Counted from the first letter of the stretch, positions 9,026 through 18,515 are shown. The stretch: DNA of 64,000 bases from Candidatus Latescibacterota bacterium (GCA_965217585.1 OZ244561.1:608001-672000), one strand, 5' to 3'. Program-made: numbers and translations. The notes: generated from the sequence alone by a model not told the origin.

Positions 9026-9790
9026 CTATGATGGCAGGGCGATTGCCTTGGCAATCAAGAGTGTCGGCACTATGCTTTCTCGACGCCTCTCCACCAAGTC
9101 TGCTACAGAATCAAGCGGTTCAGAGATCTCGGCAAGTTGGAATCCACTTCTGATCAAGGTATTGAAGTACGTTGAAAGCGTTCGGTGGTGGCTACCAAGC
9201 GTGCCACACATCCCGATTCCATCCGAGTACCATTTGCCTTCAAGGCCATACCGTGAAACACGCAATGCCTTGAAATTTCCCTCTTCGTCAAACTCCTCCT
9301 GTGGATTCTCTGCATTGAACGGAGGGAAAAGGCACGGATGAAGAATTGTGAAGATGAACTTGCCATTGTCGAGAAGTATCCGACGGACATTGAACAATGT
9401 TGCCGTTAGGTCAGGGATATCCATGAGTGCCATGTTGCAAGTAACGGCATCCATGCTGGCGTCGGACACCTGATTCAGCGATTGTGCATCGTCCAGGACA
9501 TAGGTGATGCCGTGGTCAGCAGAATGCTCCTTTGCATGCCGCAGCAGCATCTGTGAAATATCAACACCCGTAACGAGAGCACCTCGACTCGCTAGGATGC
9601 GAGACAGATACCCTTCACCGCATCCCAAGTCACATATACTGGTCCCTTGGACATCGCCCAGCATAGTCAGCATGACTTCTACCGAGGGCTGGATACGCCT
9701 ATTCCTATCCGGAACATTCCTATCCAGCCAGTTGAGATAGAAATCACCTACCTTGTCATATTCAGAATCTGCCACCTCATCGATTCCCAT
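9026..9790 (-). CDS. class I SAM-dependent methyltransferase
   Basis: DLGCGEG, GVDIS, NMALMDIPD, HRTLSTY. Confidence 0.92.
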   Translation of the reverse strand: MGIDEVADSEYDKVGDFYLNWLDRNVPDRNRRIQPSVEVMLTMLGDVQGTSICDLGCGEGYLSRILASRGALVTGVDISQMLLRHAKEHSADHGITYVLDDAQSLNQVSDASMDAVTCNMALMDIPDLTATLFNVRRILLDNGKFIFTILHPCLFPPFNAENPQEEFDEEGNFKALRVSRYGLEGKWYSDGIGMCGTLGSHHRTLSTYFNTLIRSGFQLAEISEPLDSVADLVERRRESIVPTLLIAKAIALPS

Positions 9791-9868
9791 GGTATCAGTC
9801 CCGTTGGGACACGGGATCTTCGACCGTCCAAGCTACGCGTTATAAAACAAGTGACCTTTCCCAGCGAC

Positions 9869-9986
9869 ATATAGCAATCCTGAATGACTTGAACGATTAG
9901 AGCTGCGGATCGTCTTGTGCATACTATTCTGTGTCCATCTGCGTCCATCTGCGGATTATCTTATGAATGATTTAGGATTGCTATAT
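9869..9986. mobile_element. MITE-like element (118 bp)
   Basis: 19-bp terminal inverted repeats atatagcaatcctgaatga / tgatttaggattgctatat (2 mismatches); no coding capacity. Confidence 0.7.
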
Positions 9987-10015
9987 CACATTATTCTCTG
10001 CATTTCTGATTCAAT

Positions 10016-10075
10016 TTCAGCTAACGTTTTCGCCATGCCCGAACCGCGAAGCCAGGCACGGACGTGTTATGTGAA
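10016..10075 (-). repeat. attC-like site (60 bp)
   Basis: ttcagctaac...gttatgtgaa; left arm resembles the 5833 site. Confidence 0.85.
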
Positions 10076-10091
10076 GTGCACTATTTCCCTC

Positions 10092-10886
10092 TTAGTCTAC
10101 GAAGTCATGGATCCTTTGATACACGCTCAACTTGGCCTGATCCAATTCTTGCCCATACTCCCGGAAAAACAAGGGAACCCACTCACCACCCAGATTTCTG
10201 CGAATCGTGTTGTACGCGGCGACAAAGTCGAGATAGCGATCTCCTATTCCTGCATAACCCCAATCAATGTAGCCACTCAGGTGGCCATTGACGATCATGA
10301 CGTTGGGAAGGCAATAATCCCCGTGGGTGAACACCACGTCTTCTGGCGGCAGGTCGGCTCGTATGCTTGCCAGTTCATCCCGCAGGACATTTCTAGTGCC
10401 GCCTTTGGGGATCTGACCATCCAGCACTCCTGAATCAATCAGGTCTGTCGCCCACGCAAAATAGCGTTCAAAGCGCCAATCCAATGGGCACGAATCAACT
10501 GGAATTGCGTGAATCTCGCGAAGTCCATGAGCGAACATACGTATTAGACCTGGGGTATCTGTCTTGGCGTCTTCGTGGACACCAGAGACGCCAGCGATTC
10601 GGGTCATCAGCAGATACTGAGTATTGTTTTCCTCGTGGAAGCAGACCACGCTAGGCACACTCAGTTTGTCGTGCAACCAAGACATCGCCGCTTTTTCGGC
10701 GCGAAGATCAGATTCTTGCGGCGCAGCGAGCGCATCTCTGATTTTGAGGAACAAACTCTGCTTGCTCGGGTGAGTAAATGAGAATACATCGGCGCACGAT
10801 TCAGTCCTGAGGTTGTCGCCATTTGAGGCGAAACCCTTCAGATGGGCTTGGACCGGATCTGGTAGATCTTGGACTATCAACGTCAA
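10092..10886 (-). CDS. APH(3')-family aminoglycoside phosphotransferase
   Basis: LFLK, HGDYCLPNV, GYIDWG, GDRYLDF motifs; 264 aa. Confidence 0.85.
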   Translation of the reverse strand: MTLIVQDLPDPVQAHLKGFASNGDNLRTESCADVFSFTHPSKQSLFLKIRDALAAPQESDLRAEKAAMSWLHDKLSVPSVVCFHEENNTQYLLMTRIAGVSGVHEDAKTDTPGLIRMFAHGLREIHAIPVDSCPLDWRFERYFAWATDLIDSGVLDGQIPKGGTRNVLRDELASIRADLPPEDVVFTHGDYCLPNVMIVNGHLSGYIDWGYAGIGDRYLDFVAAYNTIRRNLGGEWVPLFFREYGQELDQAKLSVYQRIHDFVD

Positions 10887-10915
10887 CCTGCGTTCGAGGA
10901 TTGCCTAAAATTCAT

Positions 10916-11013
10916 TTCACATAACGGTTCTCCGGTTTGCGAACCCCCGGAGGGGGTTGCCCGAAGGGCCAATCCGCGAATGTGCCGCAGCGTAAACTGC
11001 GCTGTTAAATGAC
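10916..11013 (-). repeat. attC-like site (98 bp)
   Basis: ttcacataac...gttaaatgac with shared ggtttgcgaaccc/gttgcccg/ggccaa internal motifs. Confidence 0.9.
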
Positions 11014-11043
11014 GTGGGCCAATCCGCGGCAAGATATAACGGG

Positions 11044-11550
11044 CTAAACCTCCTCGGCGAAGTCCGATGAGAGAGCTCCCCGAAATCCAATGCGTTTGTG
11101 CGGATCTCTATATTGAGTCAATTCGTGATGTCCGATCATGAAGCCTTGGGACTTCCAGAACGTCAGGGCGCTCGGATTGTCGCGGCGTACATTCAAGTCA
11201 ATCCGATCGATACCCAAGCCGTCGGTGATTTCCGTTACGGCTTGTACAAGGAATGACCCAATGCCCTCCCGGCGTTGCGCAGGAATAACGTAGAAGTCAT
11301 TGATCTTCGCGCTAGTGCCACTAATTGAAAATGAAACAAATCCAACTGGGGACCCTTCGCTGAGGCACCAGAAAATCCTTGGTTCCGGACTGGAAAGGGG
11401 AAACCGATCTGCGAAATACACATCGCGGCGATCCGATGAACGTACTGTATCAGCAGTTGGCATTGTCTCCAACCAGTAGGCATCAACCAGTGGCCGAAAC
11501 CTATTCTCATCGGAAGGAAGCACCTGCTCGAATTCAAGGCGAACGCTCAA
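11044..11550 (-). CDS. GNAT family N-acetyltransferase
   Basis: DFYV..QRREGIG, N..ALTFWKSQGF; start codon uncertain. Confidence 0.85.
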   Translation of the reverse strand: MSVRLEFEQVLPSDENRFRPLVDAYWLETMPTADTVRSSDRRDVYFADRFPLSSPEPRIFWCLSEGSPVGFVSFSISGTSAKINDFYVIPAQRREGIGSFLVQAVTEITDGLGIDRIDLNVRRDNPSALTFWKSQGFMIGHHELTQYRDPHKRIGFRGALSSDFAEEV

Positions 11551-11578
11551 AACTCATTTCCTCTCACATAAGACCCAT

Positions 11579-11678
11579 GTCATTTAACGTTTTCACGGTT
11601 TGCGAACCCAAGAAGCGAGTTGCCCGTAGGCCAAGCCGCCTGAAGGGCGGCGCAGCGCGAGCCGAGCCGTTATAGGAC
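11579..11678 (-). repeat. attC-like site (100 bp)
   Basis: gtcatttaac...gttataggac with the family internal motifs. Confidence 0.9.
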
Positions 11679-11685
11679 GTGTGTT

Positions 11686-12126
11686 CTACTTACGAGCTTC
11701 CATTAAATGTAGCAGTAAGTCGATCTTGTCGTCATAATTGGCGACAAGTTTGGGAAGTGCTCTGACATCGGCCCAAAAGAAATCGAATGGATGGACTATC
11801 GATCCGTCCTCCGCGTATTCTCCATGGCACCAGTTGTCCTTTGTTGGTCCTTCTACAGACAAATGAAAGAACCAGCGGTACTGTAGTTCATCGGTCCCGC
11901 AATCCCGCATGTCCCGGGTATCCTGGGCCAGGAACTGCTCATATCTGAGATCGGACAACCCGGTTTCCTCTTCTGCTTCCCGCATCACGGCATCCTGGGG
12001 ATTCTCTCCGGGCTCAATCGTTCCGGCTGGAACTTGAATGCCAGCTTCCGGTGCCTCGGGTTGAGTAAAGAGGAGCAGGCGGCTCCCGTTGGTGATATAG
12101 GCGTAAGCTCTGTGCCGGATTTTCAT
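11686..12126 (-). CDS. NUDIX hydrolase
   Basis: Nudix box GTIEPGENPQDAVMREAEEETG. Confidence 0.93.
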   Translation of the reverse strand: MKIRHRAYAYITNGSRLLLFTQPEAPEAGIQVPAGTIEPGENPQDAVMREAEEETGLSDLRYEQFLAQDTRDMRDCGTDELQYRWFFHLSVEGPTKDNWCHGEYAEDGSIVHPFDFFWADVRALPKLVANYDDKIDLLLHLMEARK

Positions 12127-12167
12127 CTCAATTGGAGAACTATGAAGTCACAGTGTTTGTTTCTCAT

Positions 12168-12221
12168 GTCCTATAACTGCTTGCACCCGAACAAGTAGTT
12201 CGGGTAACGGCCGCTAGATGC
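12168..12221 (-). repeat. short degenerate att-like site
   Basis: gtcctataac, hairpin acccgaac/gttcgggt, second core degenerate (gctagat). Confidence 0.6.
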
Positions 12222-12314
12222 TATTTATGCGCAACGAAGGTATATCTCTTGGTGCATAGTCGCAATCGCAACGAGCGGCTGAGCGGACAAGGCCGTCCGG
12301 TCCCCGTGCGAGAG
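12213..12314 (-). promoter_or_regulatory. cassette-array leader copy 2 with putative sigma70 promoter
   Basis: TTGCGA (12265-12260), 17 bp, TACCTT (12242-12237), pointing into the array. Confidence 0.65.
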
Positions 12315-12339
12315 CGCGGGAGTGGGCCGACCAAGGCGT
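12315..12339 (+). repeat. 25-bp stub of the SDR gene (2088-2112)
   Basis: cgcgggagtgggccgaccaaggcgt; same start point as the 3254 copy. Confidence 0.8.
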
Positions 12340-12352
12340 TCTGAGACCGTGC

Positions 12353-13594
12353 CTACTTCCACAGCAACCGGAGGTAAAACAGCGGGTTGGTCAACACCTT
12401 GCGCGGCACGGCGTCGGCCATCATGCCGCAGATCAGGTCGCTGACCTCGGCGTTTTTGGCGGCCTTGCGAATGACCAAGTTCATCAGATAGGGCCAGCAG
12501 CCCAAATTGTGCAGCTTGGTGCTCAGCTTCAGCTCGCTGCCCAGCGCATCCCACAGCCGATCCTCGTAGCGCCGCAAAAAGCCAGCCGAATAATCCCCCG
12601 CCTCCCGGGCCTGAGTTGCAGTCTCCACGGCAAAGCGGGCCGAGTACAGAGCATTGCCAATGCCCTCGCCCGTGAACGGGTCAATCAGGCCGGCTGCGTC
12701 GCCCAAGAGCAAAAAGCCGTTGCCGTGCGCCGGTCGCCGCCGCGAGCCAACCGGCAAGTTCCAGCCGACCGGGGCTTCGAGGGGACGGGCGTCGCGAAAG
12801 CGCGCGCCAAAGGTCGTACTCGCCACTGCGGCTGCGAGCGCGTCCTTGAGATCGATGCCGCGCGCCTTGATATCTCGGTGATCCATGCCGATGCCGACAT
12901 TGGCGCGGTTGCCCTCTAAAGGAAAGATCCAAAAATACCCGGGCCGCACCTCGTCTATAAAGTGCAATTCTATCTGATCGCTCAGGTCCGCCACGCCCCC
13001 GAAGTACTGCCGCAGAGCCACCATCCAATCGCGGCCCTCGTGGCGGTATAATCCGCTCTTGCGGGCGACGATCGAATTAAAGCCATCGCACCCTAACACC
13101 AAGGGCGCGCGAAATTCCAAGCGCGTGCCATCGGCTGTACGCCCCCGCACCCCGCAGACCTGCTCGCCTTCTCTCAGGAGATCGCGCACGTTAAAACCCT
13201 CTACGGTATGGGCGGCTGCGGCCTGCGCCTTGGCAAAGAGAAAGTCGTCGAAGACCTCGCGGCGGATGACAAAGCCCTCCATCGGCAGCACCCGACCAGT
13301 CAGGGCGTTGTGCAGATCGTAGCTGCTCAGGTCAATGGACGCGGCGGTCGCGTCTGGGCTGCCGAAGACAATACGGGCAACGGTCGCCCCAGGCAGATTG
13401 CACACCTCCTCGAAAAGCCCCAGATCGTGGAGGATGGCCACCGTCTTGCCAGAGAGGGCGTCGCCGCAGATCTTGTCGCGGGGGAAGCACTGCTTGTCCA
13501 GCAGCAGAGCCGCCAGCCCGTGACGCTGCGCATACAGCGCGGCCGTGGCACCAGCCGGACCGCCGCCGACGATAATTAGGTCGTAGGTTTGCAC
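12353..13594 (-). CDS. geranylgeranyl reductase family FAD oxidoreductase
   Basis: GGGPAG, FPRDKICGD, GYFWIFP, GDAAGLIDPFTGEGI. Confidence 0.92.
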   Translation of the reverse strand: MQTYDLIIVGGGPAGATAALYAQRHGLAALLLDKQCFPRDKICGDALSGKTVAILHDLGLFEEVCNLPGATVARIVFGSPDATAASIDLSSYDLHNALTGRVLPMEGFVIRREVFDDFLFAKAQAAAAHTVEGFNVRDLLREGEQVCGVRGRTADGTRLEFRAPLVLGCDGFNSIVARKSGLYRHEGRDWMVALRQYFGGVADLSDQIELHFIDEVRPGYFWIFPLEGNRANVGIGMDHRDIKARGIDLKDALAAAVASTTFGARFRDARPLEAPVGWNLPVGSRRRPAHGNGFLLLGDAAGLIDPFTGEGIGNALYSARFAVETATQAREAGDYSAGFLRRYEDRLWDALGSELKLSTKLHNLGCWPYLMNLVIRKAAKNAEVSDLICGMMADAVPRKVLTNPLFYLRLLWK

Positions 13595-13715
13595 GTGGCC
13601 CAGAAAATAGTCCGTCCAGCCCTCGCTACAAGGGCGCAGGCCGAACTTGCTTTGTAGATGATCTTCCTTACATTTTCGGTTTTGTCAACGCAATCGCCAA
13701 AGGAGCCACAACGCG

Positions 13716-15614
13716 ATGTCCGAAGACGTCCACACCGAAAATCCACAAGTCGAAAAACGGGCTTTTCAAACCGAGGTCCAACAGGTACTGCACCTGCTGG
13801 TCCATTCGCTGTACACCCAAAAAGAAATTTTCTTGCGCGAGCTGATCTCCAATGCCTCAGACGCGCTGGACAAAATTCACCACCGCTCGCTGACCGACCG
13901 CAATATCCGCGACCCCGACGCCGAATTGGACATTGAGCTCGAGGTGTCGAGCAGCAACAAGACCCTGACCATCCGCGACCGGGGGATCGGCATGACCCGC
14001 GACGAGGTCAATGAGAATATCGGCACCATTGCCCGCTCCGGCTCGGCTGAGTTTACCGCCAAGCTGGCCGACGCCGACGATGAGCAAGAGAAGCTCAAAC
14101 TGATCGGCCAATTCGGGGTGGGCTTCTACTCGGTCTTCATGGTGGCCGACCGAGTGGTGCTCACCACGCGCTCGGCCGACCCAGAAGCCGACGGGGTGCT
14201 GTGGGAATCCACCGGCGACGGGGCCTACACCCTATCCCACGCCGACAAGGCCGACCGCGGCACCGAGATCAAGCTCTACATCCGTTCGGACTGCGAGGAA
14301 TTTCTCGATGCCCACCAGCTAGAGGCCATCATCCGCAAGCACTCGGATTTTGTCGCGTACCCCATCAAGGTCGCCGGCAAACAGGTCAACGACACGGCCG
14401 CGCTGTGGACCCGGCCGCGCAACGAAATTACTCCCGAACAATACAACGAGTTTTACACGCACCTGACCGGCGACCCCGACGAGCCACTCGCGTCCGAGCA
14501 CATCGTCGTGGATGTGCCGATCCAATTCTACGCCGTGCTCTACATTCCCAAGCGCGCACCGGTCCAATGGCTGCACGCAGAGCCGACGATCTCGCTCAAC
14601 CTGCACGTCGCACGGGTTTTTATCCAAGACGACTGCAAGGAGCTTTTGCCGCTGTGGCTGCGCTTTGTGCGCGGCGTGGTTGACTGCGACGACCTGCCGC
14701 TCAACGTCTCGCGCGAAACCCTCCAGCAAAATCCCATCATCACCAAAATCCGCGCCACCTTAGTCCGGCGCATCATCGGCATGTTGGAGGGAATGGCGAA
14801 GAAGGATGAAGAGCAGTACATGGCCTTTTGGCACGCCTGCGGCACCATCCTCAAAGAGGGCGTGGCCACCGATGCCGCGCACCAAGCCCAGCTCGCCAAG
14901 CTCCTGCGCTACCGCTCCTCGCTAGCCGACGACGACACGCCCTACATTTCGTTGCAGAACTACGTCGATCGGATGCAGAGCGAGCAGGACAAGATCTACT
15001 ACCTCGCCGGCGAGAACAAAGAGGCCATCGCCCAAAGCCCCCTGTTGGAGGCCTTCCGCAAGCGCGGCATAGAGGTGCTCTACTTCGACGAACCGGTCGA
15101 TGAATGGGTCATCCAAGGGCTGCAAAAGTTCGCCGACAAAGAGTTTGCGGGCGTGGATGCGGCCGAGCTGAACCTGGACGAGGATGCGGTCAAGTTGGAA
15201 GGGGTCGACGATCAGAAGGCCGAAGCCATCGAGCTGCTCGCCTTTCTCAAGCAGAAGCTCGCCGGCCGGGTCGAGGACGTGGTCGAGTCCAAGCGGCTGA
15301 CCGACAGCCCCTGCCTGCTAGTCGCCAGCCAAGGCGGCTTGAGCCGCAACATGGAGCGGCTGATGAAAATGACCGATCGCGAATTCAAAGGATCACTGCG
15401 CACGCTAGAAATCAATCGCCAACACCCGATCATCCGCAACATGGCCGCCGTACTCAAGCGCGACCGCGACTCCGAGCAATTGGCGAACTGGGCCCATTTT
15501 CTGGTTGATTTCGTATTGTTAGGCGAGGGCACAGTCGAGGATCCACAGCGGCTGAGCCAGAGCTTGCAGTCCATCATGGGAGCGGCCACCGCGCATGCCG
15601 CCGAGGAGAGTTAG
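13716..15614 (+). CDS. htpG: molecular chaperone HtpG (Hsp90)
   Basis: EIFLRELISNASDALDK, IGQFGVGFYS, LNVSRE. Confidence 0.98.
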   Translation: MSEDVHTENPQVEKRAFQTEVQQVLHLLVHSLYTQKEIFLRELISNASDALDKIHHRSLTDRNIRDPDAELDIELEVSSSNKTLTIRDRGIGMTRDEVNENIGTIARSGSAEFTAKLADADDEQEKLKLIGQFGVGFYSVFMVADRVVLTTRSADPEADGVLWESTGDGAYTLSHADKADRGTEIKLYIRSDCEEFLDAHQLEAIIRKHSDFVAYPIKVAGKQVNDTAALWTRPRNEITPEQYNEFYTHLTGDPDEPLASEHIVVDVPIQFYAVLYIPKRAPVQWLHAEPTISLNLHVARVFIQDDCKELLPLWLRFVRGVVDCDDLPLNVSRETLQQNPIITKIRATLVRRIIGMLEGMAKKDEEQYMAFWHACGTILKEGVATDAAHQAQLAKLLRYRSSLADDDTPYISLQNYVDRMQSEQDKIYYLAGENKEAIAQSPLLEAFRKRGIEVLYFDEPVDEWVIQGLQKFADKEFAGVDAAELNLDEDAVKLEGVDDQKAEAIELLAFLKQKLAGRVEDVVESKRLTDSPCLLVASQGGLSRNMERLMKMTDREFKGSLRTLEINRQHPIIRNMAAVLKRDRDSEQLANWAHFLVDFVLLGEGTVEDPQRLSQSLQSIMGAATAHAAEES

Positions 15615-15616
15615 AC

Positions 15617-16930
15617 ATGTCCGATCAAGTGCGCCAACAAGCCCAAGCGGCACGCGCAGCGTCGCGCACCCTCGCCGCAACTTCCGAAGAGGTGCGCAAC
15701 CAAGCCCTCGAAGCTATTGCCGCGGCCCTCGAAGCAAATCGCGAGCGCATCTTGGGCGCCAACGCCGAGGACCTAAAAGCTGGCGAGCAAGATGGGCTGG
15801 CCTCCCCCTTGCTCAAGCGGCTCGACCTGAGCGGGCGCAAATTCGCCAGCACAGTGGAGATGGTGCGCGGCGTCTGCGCCCAGCCCGATCCCCTCGGCCA
15901 GACCCAGAGCGCGACTGAGCTAGACGACCGACTCCACCTCTACCGAGTGACCGTGCCTATCGGCGTGATCGGCGTGATCTTTGAATCCCGGCCCGACGCC
16001 TTGGTGCAGATCGCCGCCCTGTGCCTCAAGTCCGGCAATGCCGCCCTGCTCAAGGGAGGGCGCGAGGCCACCGTGACCAACCAGACCCTCGCCGAAGTAA
16101 TGTGCCAAGCCACGCATGGCATCCTGCCAGAGGGGTGGATGGCGCTCTTGTCCGGCCGCGAGGAAGTCCGCGCCCTCCTCGGCGAGGAAGACCTGATTGA
16201 CCTAATTATCCCGCGCGGCAGCAACGAGTTCGTGCAATACATCATGCACAACACCAAAATCCCGGTCATGGGCCACGCCGACGGAATCTGCCACGTGTAC
16301 GTCGATGCCAGCGCAGATCTAGACAAGGCCGTGCAAATCGCCGTCGATGCCAAGACTCAGTACGTGGCCGTGTGCAACGCGGCTGAGACCCTGCTCGTCC
16401 ACAGTGGCATTGCCCCAGCCTTCTTGCCGCGGGCCGTGCCGGCGCTACTCGCAAGGGACGTGGAACTGCGCGGCGACGAGCGCGCCATTGCCCTCGCCAA
16501 CGCCAACGGGCAAGTCAAGCCGGCCGCCGAATCCGACTGGTCCACCGAATACCTAGACTTGATGCTGGCGGTAAAAGTCGTCGATAGCACGGCCGAGGCC
16601 ATCGAGCACATCAACGCGTACGGCAGCCACCACACCGACGCGATCGTGACCGAGGACCCAGAGGCCGCGCGCACCTTTTTGCGCGAGGTGGATTCAGCGT
16701 CGGTGATTCACAATGCTTCGACGCGCTTTGCCGATGGCTTCAAATACGGGCTAGGGGCCGAGGTCGGCATCAGCACCAACCGCCTGCATAGCCGCGGCCC
16801 GGTGGGGCTGGAGGGCCTCGTCATCTACAAGTACATTCTCCAAGGGGACGGCCACATCGTCGATATGTACGACGGCCAGCAGCAGCGCCCCTTCACCCAT
16901 CGCCCCCTCGACCAACACTGGCAGGCCTAA
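15617..16930 (+). CDS. proA: gamma-glutamyl phosphate reductase
   Basis: [30 protein letters not shown]. Confidence 0.97.
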   Translation: MSDQVRQQAQAARAASRTLAATSEEVRNQALEAIAAALEANRERILGANAEDLKAGEQDGLASPLLKRLDLSGRKFASTVEMVRGVCAQPDPLGQTQSATELDDRLHLYRVTVPIGVIGVIFESRPDALVQIAALCLKSGNAALLKGGREATVTNQTLAEVMCQATHGILPEGWMALLSGREEVRALLGEEDLIDLIIPRGSNEFVQYIMHNTKIPVMGHADGICHVYVDASADLDKAVQIAVDAKTQYVAVCNAAETLLVHSGIAPAFLPRAVPALLARDVELRGDERAIALANANGQVKPAAESDWSTEYLDLMLAVKVVDSTAEAIEHINAYGSHHTDAIVTEDPEAARTFLREVDSASVIHNASTRFADGFKYGLGAEVGISTNRLHSRGPVGLEGLVIYKYILQGDGHIVDMYDGQQQRPFTHRPLDQHWQA

Positions 16931-16931
16931 C

Positions 16932-17294
16932 ATGAGCGAGCACACCACGGATTCGACCTATACTCCGGTGGAGCGCCACATCTTTCTCTGCGCCACCCCC
17001 ACCAAGCCCAAGTGCCACAGCGACGGCACTGGGGCCGACTGCTGGGAGTACCTAAAAAAGCGGTTGTCCGAATTGGGCTACGGCCATCCGGGCCGCGGCG
17101 GCATCCACCGCACCAAGGCCGACTGTCTGCGCGTCTGCGAGTCCGGGCCGACGGTCGTGGTGTATCCCGAAGGCGTCTGGTACCACTCCATGACCGTCGA
17201 AAAGCTGGAGCGCATCATCCAAGAGCACTTGATCGGCGGGCAGGTCGTAGAAGAGCTGGTCAACCGCGAGCCGTTCCGCAGCCTGAGCCTGTAG
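16932..17294 (+). CDS. thioredoxin-like (2Fe-2S) ferredoxin
   Basis: [19 protein letters not shown]. Confidence 0.9.
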   Translation: MSEHTTDSTYTPVERHIFLCATPTKPKCHSDGTGADCWEYLKKRLSELGYGHPGRGGIHRTKADCLRVCESGPTVVVYPEGVWYHSMTVEKLERIIQEHLIGGQVVEELVNREPFRSLSL

Positions 17295-17330
17295 TCGCAC
17301 AGGGACACCCTCAACCGGCCACAAAAGCGC

Positions 17331-18515
17331 ATGGCGAGCAAATCCAAATCCAAACACATCGACCTAGAGATCAAGGACGCCAGCCTGATCTTCGACAGCG
17401 TCTGGAGCGACCTAGAGCAAGAGTTCGGTCGCGCCAAGCTCTGCTTTCCCGGGGAAATTATCTGGCTCGGCGGCGCACCCGGCGCCGGCAAGGGTACCAA
17501 TACCCCCTTCATCCTCGAGGCGCGGGGCATTACGGCCGCAGCCGTGGTAGTCAGCAACTTGCTCGACAGCCCCCGCGCCCAACAGATCAAGAACGCCGGC
17601 GGCTTAGTCGGCGATGAGGAAGTCACCTACCTGCTCTTGCACAAGCTGCTCGACCCGATATACGAGCGCGGCGTGATCGTCGATGGCTTCCCGCGCACCC
17701 AAGTGCAGGTCGAGTGCCTCAAGCTGTTCTACGACAAGATGACCGAATTGCGCGAGGAATTCCGCAATCACAACTTCCCGCGCCCCCTCTTCCGCAGCGT
17801 GTTGCTCTTCGTCGATGAAGAGGTCAGCATCGAGCGCCAGCTCCACCGCGGCCGAGAAGCCCAAGAGCAAAACCGCAAGACCACGGAGTCAGGCGTCGGC
17901 CAGCTCGCCGAGATCCGCGCCACCGACCTCGACCCGGCGGCTGCGCGCAAGCGCTACCAAGTATTCAAGGAAACGACCTTTGAAGCACTGCGCTCGCTGC
18001 GCGCCATTTTTCACTTTCGCTTCATCGACGCCAGCCAGCCGCTCGTCGAGGTGCAACAGGAGATTGAAGAGGAGTTTTCCTACCAGAGTTCGCTGGAGCT
18101 GTCGCACAAGACCTTCGACCGCGTCCGCACCATCATGCCGGCCAGCCGCCTCGTGCTCTACGCCCGCCAAGAACTGGTCAAGCGGCTAGAGATCTACAAC
18201 GAGGACTATCCCGAGCTGTTTCAGCGGGTCATCGACAAAGTCAACTCCAAGTTCATGCCCATTGTCACCCGCTATGCCATTACCGGCATGACGCTCGTCA
18301 ACTCCGAGGACACGCTCTTTGACGACCCTTTGGCCTTAGCTATGCTAATCGACATCTTTTCCGAGCGCGGCTATCAGGCTCTCGTCGATGTCAACCACGT
18401 CGAGGTCCCCCACCGCATCGACCCCCACACGCACGAAATCATCTGCCAGCAAAAGCGCGTCTATCGCTTTCAGATTCGCTTTGCAGCCTCGGCCATTCGG
18501 CACGGGAACTACTAG
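17331..18515 (+). CDS. adenylate kinase-like protein with C-terminal extension
   Basis: GGAPGAGKGT P-loop, VDGFPRT. Confidence 0.8.
   Translation: MASKSKSKHIDLEIKDASLIFDSVWSDLEQEFGRAKLCFPGEIIWLGGAPGAGKGTNTPFILEARGITAAAVVVSNLLDSPRAQQIKNAGGLVGDEEVTYLLLHKLLDPIYERGVIVDGFPRTQVQVECLKLFYDKMTELREEFRNHNFPRPLFRSVLLFVDEEVSIERQLHRGREAQEQNRKTTESGVGQLAEIRATDLDPAAARKRYQVFKETTFEALRSLRAIFHFRFIDASQPLVEVQQEIEEEFSYQSSLELSHKTFDRVRTIMPASRLVLYARQELVKRLEIYNEDYPELFQRVIDKVNSKFMPIVTRYAITGMTLVNSEDTLFDDPLALAMLIDIFSERGYQALVDVNHVEVPHRIDPHTHEIICQQKRVYRFQIRFAASAIRHGNY

Noticed and set aside
9798-9850. Additional attC ending in gttataaa
   Set aside because: No partner TAAC core and no match to the neighbouring cassette end; at most a remnant.
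10966-11028. 13-bp direct repeat gggccaatccgcg across an attC boundary
   Set aside because: Short, and partly explained by attC internal motifs and cassette-end complementarity; no independent function can be supported.
12189-12203. CGAAC-N-GTTCG as a LexA box
   Set aside because: The spacer is 5 nt rather than 4; it is better explained as the hairpin of a short att-like site.
3556-12221. Repeats as a CRISPR array or REP elements
   Set aside because: The repeats are divergent, 60-100 bp long and separated by whole genes. There are no cas genes, and the repeats are not seen between core genes in this window.
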